Source: Candidatus Nanopusillus acidilobi
Lineage (GTDB): Archaea > Nanobdellota > Nanobdellia > Nanobdellales > Nanobdellaceae
Assembly: GCA_001552015.1 (NCBI GenBank)
Contig: CP010514.1
Span: 60,001 to 92,000, forward strand
Direction of reading: 5' to 3'
DNA length: 32,000 nucleotides
Part shown: in pieces, positions 27,239-32,000 of the stretch
Layout of the letters: each line of letters begins with the position of its first letter
Numbering within the stretch: the first letter of the stretch is position 1
Made by a program: the position numbers and the translations under genes
Notes under the pieces: generated by a model
What the model was told of the DNA's origin: nothing
The model's input: only the letters and a program-made list of their open reading frames with translations
Database searches by the model: none

Positions 27239-28480
27239 TCATTGTTGTTGAGTATTCTGTTGTATACATTCAGATGGAAATGATATTGTTGCTGGGCATT
27301 GATAAGGACATTCTCCAGGTAAACAAGCAGGACATTGGTGTCCACCAATTATGCAAGTATAGCAATTAACTTGAATTGAATAATAGTATTGAAATGCAAA
27401 TATTTCTTCTGAATTTTGTTGAGTTGTACTTACACTGCCGCACTCATTCTGAAGGGGAGAACAAGAATATTGTTGATTTTCTAATGTACAACTTTGAGAT
27501 ATTATTTGATTACTTGTTAAATTATATGTTTCAATACAATTATATGTACAATTTAAATAATATTGATTTGTTATATTTTCATAAAAAACTATAGAAGTAA
27601 TTGTTATAGTTTGAGGATAAGTATTACCATTATAATATACATTGTATTGATTATCAGAGCATTTTAATATTACTTTACATGCAATTCCCTGTGGATTTGA
27701 ACATATTTGACATAATGGAATATTTATACATTGATATGGAATTATTGTTTCATTACATTGAATATATGGATTATTTGAAAATTGTTCAAACTCCTGCGCA
27801 CATGTATAGGTTGGATTATTATTTAATGTATTTGAGCAATCTTGATATGAACATTCTGAAAATTCCCCATTTTGGGAAAATTGATATGCTAAGTTATATA
27901 AATAGAATGCTGGATTATTTGTTATATTTGATGTAACTGAATATGGAATTATTGAACCTGAAGAAGGACCTGTAATATTTATATATAATCCTTGAACATA
28001 AACGGGAAAACTATAATTATATTCTCCGGAAGCTATATCGCTACAATCTCCAAGAATTCCTGCTTGATAGTTATTTGAAAAATTGAAGGATATGTTATAA
28101 GGATAATAATATTGATATGCAGACAAATATTGTTCTCCAAAACTTAATAAAGTTTCAAATCCTGAAGTTAGCAAATTGTTATAATATTGAATTGCATTTT
28201 GACACGATTGTGGTAATATACATCCATAAGGATAGGAAGCCCATTCTTCTTCTCCCCATCCATTAGTTCCTGCTATATATGACTCTACATAACCTTCTTG
28301 TGTTAATGCTGTTTGTAAATATCCTAAAAAATAATTTGATAATGTAGATAAAGAAGTAAATCTATTAAAAACAATATTTTGATTGTAATTATATGTTAAT
28401 GCATAAAAAGATAAAAGAATTATTAATATTGCAATTGTTAAAAATAAAACTACATAAACAGTTTCTAATTGATTTCTCAT
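27239..28480 (-). CDS. N-terminally anchored, Cys-rich ectodomain protein (413 aa)
   Basis: N-terminus MRNQLETVYVVLFLTIAILIILLSFYAL. 24 Cys by hand count, including the C-terminal CYTCIIGGHQCPACLPGECPYQCP. Confidence 0.7.
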   Translation of the reverse strand: MRNQLETVYVVLFLTIAILIILLSFYALTYNYNQNIVFNRFTSLSTLSNYFLGYLQTALTQEGYVESYIAGTNGWGEEEWASYPYGCILPQSCQNAIQYYNNLLTSGFETLLSFGEQYLSAYQYYYPYNISFNFSNNYQAGILGDCSDIASGEYNYSFPVYVQGLYINITGPSSGSIIPYSVTSNITNNPAFYLYNLAYQFSQNGEFSECSYQDCSNTLNNNPTYTCAQEFEQFSNNPYIQCNETIIPYQCINIPLCQICSNPQGIACKVILKCSDNQYNVYYNGNTYPQTITITSIVFYENITNQYYLNCTYNCIETYNLTSNQIISQSCTLENQQYSCSPLQNECGSVSTTQQNSEEIFAFQYYYSIQVNCYTCIIGGHQCPACLPGECPYQCPATISFPSECIQQNTQQQ

Positions 28481-29577
28481 ATTTTTAATTTAATATGTAA
28501 ATATATAAATGTTAAGATAAGAATTGGCGTTACAAATCCATGTATAATTCCAAGTGCAATTAATATATTTGGTATAGATATTAAATGTATACTACTTGGC
28601 CCTCCAAATAATACAGATTCAAGGAATTCTCCAGTTATATTTTGTATTAGAACTAATATTCCGATTGTAATACCCAATGCTTTTGTTATTATTCTTTTAC
28701 TATTTCTATATATTTCATAATGGATTCCCATAAAGAAAAATAATAAAGCAATTAAATATCTAGTATGTAAAGCTGCAGAAATAATATCCACATTTGATAA
28801 ATATAGTTCTCCGAAAAATATTATTAAAACCATAGTAAAAAGTAAGAAATAATTTGTTGGAACATTATATCTTAAATTTCTATAAACTAAAAAGTAAATA
28901 ATAAATTCATATATTGATAAAAAAATTAATGATTCATATGCATATATATAATATTTTCCAACTGAGCTTTCTATAATTAAATTATTATAAAATGATAATT
29001 TATATATGGCAATAATAATTTGTAATATTATAATAAGGAATATTAATAGAAATACATACTTTTTGTATTTATAGATTTCTGATATCTTCTTGAATATATT
29101 TGTTCTTACTATTAGTATTTCATTGCTATTAAAATACATAACTAGAAATAGAAATATGGCAAAAATAATAAATAGGGATGAATAGAGTATCTCAAAAGTA
29201 TAAAGATGAAAATATGCAAAGGTAAGGAATAAACCCGATATATATCCCATAACTACGTCTAGATCTGTAGTTGCAGAATTATATATTAATTCAAGGAAAA
29301 ATAATATTATAAATAATATTATTGAGATTATATAAAATATTAATGATTTTCTTGAAATATATAAATTGTTTTCAAATAAATAATATCCCATAGAAAATGC
29401 TATAAAATAAAATACCCAATAATTTACCATATAAGTAAATATTGATGGAAATGGAAAAGGTAAAGGTAAATTAGTATAAATTCCAAAAATTCCAATTGGT
29501 ATATATAATGGAAATATTAATTTATATATTAAAGATGTATTCTTTGAATTTTTTAATATAAAAGATAATAAGAACAA
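28477..29577 (-). CDS. Polytopic membrane protein, paralog of 25483-26553
   Basis: About 10 hydrophobic segments. Motifs YKYKKYVFLLIFLIIILQIII and LLFFFMGIHYEIYRNSKRIITKALGITIGI. TTG start is uncertain. 4-nt overlap with the downstream gene. Confidence 0.6.
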   Translation of the reverse strand: MFLLSFILKNSKNTSLIYKLIFPLYIPIGIFGIYTNLPLPFPFPSIFTYMVNYWVFYFIAFSMGYYLFENNLYISRKSLIFYIISIILFIILFFLELIYNSATTDLDVVMGYISGLFLTFAYFHLYTFEILYSSLFIIFAIFLFLVMYFNSNEILIVRTNIFKKISEIYKYKKYVFLLIFLIIILQIIIAIYKLSFYNNLIIESSVGKYYIYAYESLIFLSIYEFIIYFLVYRNLRYNVPTNYFLLFTMVLIIFFGELYLSNVDIISAALHTRYLIALLFFFMGIHYEIYRNSKRIITKALGITIGILVLIQNITGEFLESVLFGGPSSIHLISIPNILIALGIIHGFVTPILILTFIYLHIKLKI

Positions 29578-29680
29578 ATATATTGTACCAAAAATAATTA
29601 TATTAATATTAAAGTTGCTAATGTAAATAAAAATTAAAAATAATATTAAATATAAAAGAAATAAAATTTTATCTTCTTTT

Positions 29681-31330
29681 TTACCATACTGTTAATTTAG
29701 CAACCAAATATCCGCCTAAGAATGGTACATCTACTGGTAAATATATATAATAAACATATGTATTTGTATTTGGTGGTATTGGATATCCTAGACTTATGAA
29801 TTCTCCACTACCCTGATAAATGTATGCATTTAATTCTTCTTTATTTCCAGTGTTTGTAATACAATATACTCTTGCCATTGCAACGCCATTTCCTCCGGGA
29901 TGAGGATCATAATATACTGCAGAAATTATAAATTGATTTGTATTTGGATCTCTATCATCTATTACCCATTTAGTAATATTAAATCTATAAAATCCTTCAG
30001 TATTTTTATTAATATCTCCTAAGTAAACTAAAGGACATTCTTTTCCAACAATAATTCCATTTACATTTTGTATATTATCATATACACCAGTTGGGCAATT
30101 TATTGTATCTCCGTTTAAATTATATTCACAGAAAGGATCTGCTGCTAAGAATACATAATCTGGTTCTCCGCTTGTATTTAAAAATGAAATATATAATCTT
30201 ATTACCTCATGCCATGGATAATCAATGAATACTTGCTGACAATTTGGTGGTATATCTACTACACCTCTATAAAATGCTCCAACAATTAATTCCTGATTAC
30301 CCGGATTAGCCTGATTACCTTCGCAAAGAGAATTGCCTATATAATATGTACCAAATTCTTCTTGGCATGCTTCATTTAAATATTGTTGTGGGATTATAAA
30401 TTCTGCTAATCTATTTATATCAGTAGCAGTTCTATAAATAGGAGGACCTTGATAATAATAAGGTATAGATGTTAGATATTGATTATAAGTTTCAGGGCAT
30501 TGTTCTGTATTATAAATACATAAATATCCGGAAAAGAAATTAGGCAAACTAGAGTTAGGTTGTGCTGGCGTACTATCTCCGCCTATATAATTTGGAAATA
30601 AATTCCATTCATCCTGTGGACAATATACAGAAGCGTTTGTAAAATTATAATTTGGAAATATTTCCGTTAATGGCGTACAGTATCCATTTTGTACGGCTTG
30701 AGATTGAGATAGATCATTATATAATGCTGGTAAGCCCCATAAACTTACTGACGCAGATTGATGAAATGGCGCTGTTGCATTTACCCATCCTGCTCCATAT
30801 AAAGTTTGACTTACCGGTATATTAATATTTTCTGTATAATTATTTACAAAGAAATATGTATAATTCCATTCATACCATTGTGTACCGTCAGGATCCGGTG
30901 GAGGATTCATTGAACAAGGATCCCAATTTCCAATATTACCAGCTACTATAAACATTTGAACAATCCATCCTGTTACTGGTGGGATAAAATATATTGTAAG
31001 GTTCCATCTATTTCCATATATATTATCAAAGTAATTTATCAAATCTTCTGATATGTTTGTACATGTATTTTGATTTATACAATATGTATCATTTCCAGAA
31101 GATGAAAAATATGATAATAAAAATGCATAGGATAAATTAACATTATTGTCATAAATATATGGTAATAAATCAAGGCTATTTTGAATTGTTAATGTATATT
31201 GATTTTCTACATTATATGTTTGTGTTATTTTAGAGTTAGAGCTAGTAGTTAATAGATAAACTAAAAGAATTGATAAAATTATTATTGAAATAATAATAAC
31301 AAATGTTAATGTATTTATCTGATTTTTCAT
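29681..31330 (-). CDS. N-terminally anchored, Cys-containing large ectodomain protein (549 aa)
   Basis: N-terminus MKNQINTLTFVIIISIIILSILLVYLL. 14 Cys by hand count. ATGA overlap with the upstream gene. Confidence 0.7.
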   Translation of the reverse strand: MKNQINTLTFVIIISIIILSILLVYLLTTSSNSKITQTYNVENQYTLTIQNSLDLLPYIYDNNVNLSYAFLLSYFSSSGNDTYCINQNTCTNISEDLINYFDNIYGNRWNLTIYFIPPVTGWIVQMFIVAGNIGNWDPCSMNPPPDPDGTQWYEWNYTYFFVNNYTENINIPVSQTLYGAGWVNATAPFHQSASVSLWGLPALYNDLSQSQAVQNGYCTPLTEIFPNYNFTNASVYCPQDEWNLFPNYIGGDSTPAQPNSSLPNFFSGYLCIYNTEQCPETYNQYLTSIPYYYQGPPIYRTATDINRLAEFIIPQQYLNEACQEEFGTYYIGNSLCEGNQANPGNQELIVGAFYRGVVDIPPNCQQVFIDYPWHEVIRLYISFLNTSGEPDYVFLAADPFCEYNLNGDTINCPTGVYDNIQNVNGIIVGKECPLVYLGDINKNTEGFYRFNITKWVIDDRDPNTNQFIISAVYYDPHPGGNGVAMARVYCITNTGNKEELNAYIYQGSGEFISLGYPIPPNTNTYVYYIYLPVDVPFLGGYLVAKLTVW

Positions 31331-32000
31331 TTTAGATAATATAAAAGTATAATTAGGCCTATTATTATAATTACTATTACTATTGCTGCTGGCAAAATCA
31401 AATTGACGTTATTTATTTTATTACTTACATTTGGTTGTGGATAAATTAATTGTTGGGTACTATTTGTTAAATTTACTTCAGTTTGATTTATGCATTCAAA
31501 TACTCCTGTACATGATATATATACAATATTTGGTGGTGGACATTGCTGTAAAAATTCTTGATATAACTGATTTAATGAATAATTATATGGACATCTAAAC
31601 CAATCTCCTTCAAAAGATAAGTTTTCTGGGCAATATCCGCATTGATATTCTATTTTATATACATTCAATACTGATTGATATGATTCATTATTTGTTAAAT
31701 AAGATTGAGGTATATATGGAGGATTAAAACATGGATAAATCTGATTTGAACATGGTTGATAATACCATGGTGTATTTGAACAATTTAGTAAACTATTACA
31801 TAATGTTGGTACAGGTATAATTATGTCTTGATATGCTGATGGAGGAATTAATGCATATGGACTAACTAATGTTCCATTTGGATATTCGCAATAACTACTA
31901 TTTACATATATTAATCCATAATGGGCGCAAAAAGAATATTGGGGTGATACATTATTTTCATAATATTGTAAAGCATTAAAGTATGTACCATTTATAATAC
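31327..32000 (-). CDS. Cys-rich protein with a C-terminal TM anchor; 5'-truncated by the window edge
   Basis: The track start at 31668 is a TTG. My hand translation of the same frame is open from nt 31998 (IINGTYFNALQYYENNVSPQYSFCAHYGLIYVNSSYCEYPNG...). C-terminal anchor LILPAAIVIVIIIIGLIILLYYLK. Confidence 0.65.
   Translation of the reverse strand, partial: IINGTYFNALQYYENNVSPQYSFCAHYGLIYVNSSYCEYPNGTLVSPYALIPPSAYQDIIIPVPTLCNSLLNCSNTPWYYQPCSNQIYPCFNPPYIPQSYLTNNESYQSVLNVYKIEYQCGYCPENLSFEGDWFRCPYNYSLNQLYQEFLQQCPPPNIVYISCTGVFECINQTEVNLTNSTQQLIYPQPNVSNKINNVNLILPAAIVIVIIIIGLIILLYYLK

Noticed and set aside
1-32000. CRISPR arrays, IS elements, integrases, toxin-antitoxin pairs or known defence genes.
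   Set aside because: No regularly spaced direct repeats and no transposase, integrase or nuclease motifs were seen. The apparent repetitiveness comes from low-complexity AT-rich coding sequence (N/I/Y/K codons).

Overview
Very AT-rich (about 15-25% GC in most hand-sampled 60-nt lines, higher in conserved genes), extremely compact archaeal chromosome segment. Genes often overlap by 4-11 nt or abut with no spacer. Archaeal identity rests on TFB, proteasome alpha, SBDS, a Pop5-like RNase P subunit, membrane-bound LonB, ribosomal proteins S24e and S27ae, and a family-4 UDG. The composition, compaction and gene set suggest a reduced DPANN or Nanoarchaeota-like genome; this is inference, not shown by the window. 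Layout: (1) 1-1412, the 3' part of an N/Y-rich, C-terminally anchored surface protein; (2) 1413-4340, a block bounded by tRNA-Pro(GGG) and tRNA-Thr(GGU) holding an ICMT-family methyltransferase and two higher-GC secreted paralogs; (3) 4340-11881, an AAA+/wHTH ATPase followed by a glycogen island (GDE-type debranching enzyme, GT4/5 synthase-like GT, GH57, small protein-ParA/MinD-GT3 glycogen synthase operon); (4) 12560-15165, a TFB-Pop5-PsmA-SBDS operon; (5) LonB; (6) a 1417-aa surface ORF that looks like two anchored proteins fused in frame; (7) S24e-S27ae, a DUF192-like ORF, a coiled-coil ORF, a textbook C/D box sRNA overlapping the UDG stop codon, UDG and an agmatinase-family enzyme; (8) 25483-32000, a minus-strand operon-like array of Cys-rich ectodomain proteins interleaved with two paralogous polytopic membrane proteins. 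Block 8 is the best candidate for an undescribed cell-surface system. No CRISPR array, rRNA, transposase or integrase was seen.
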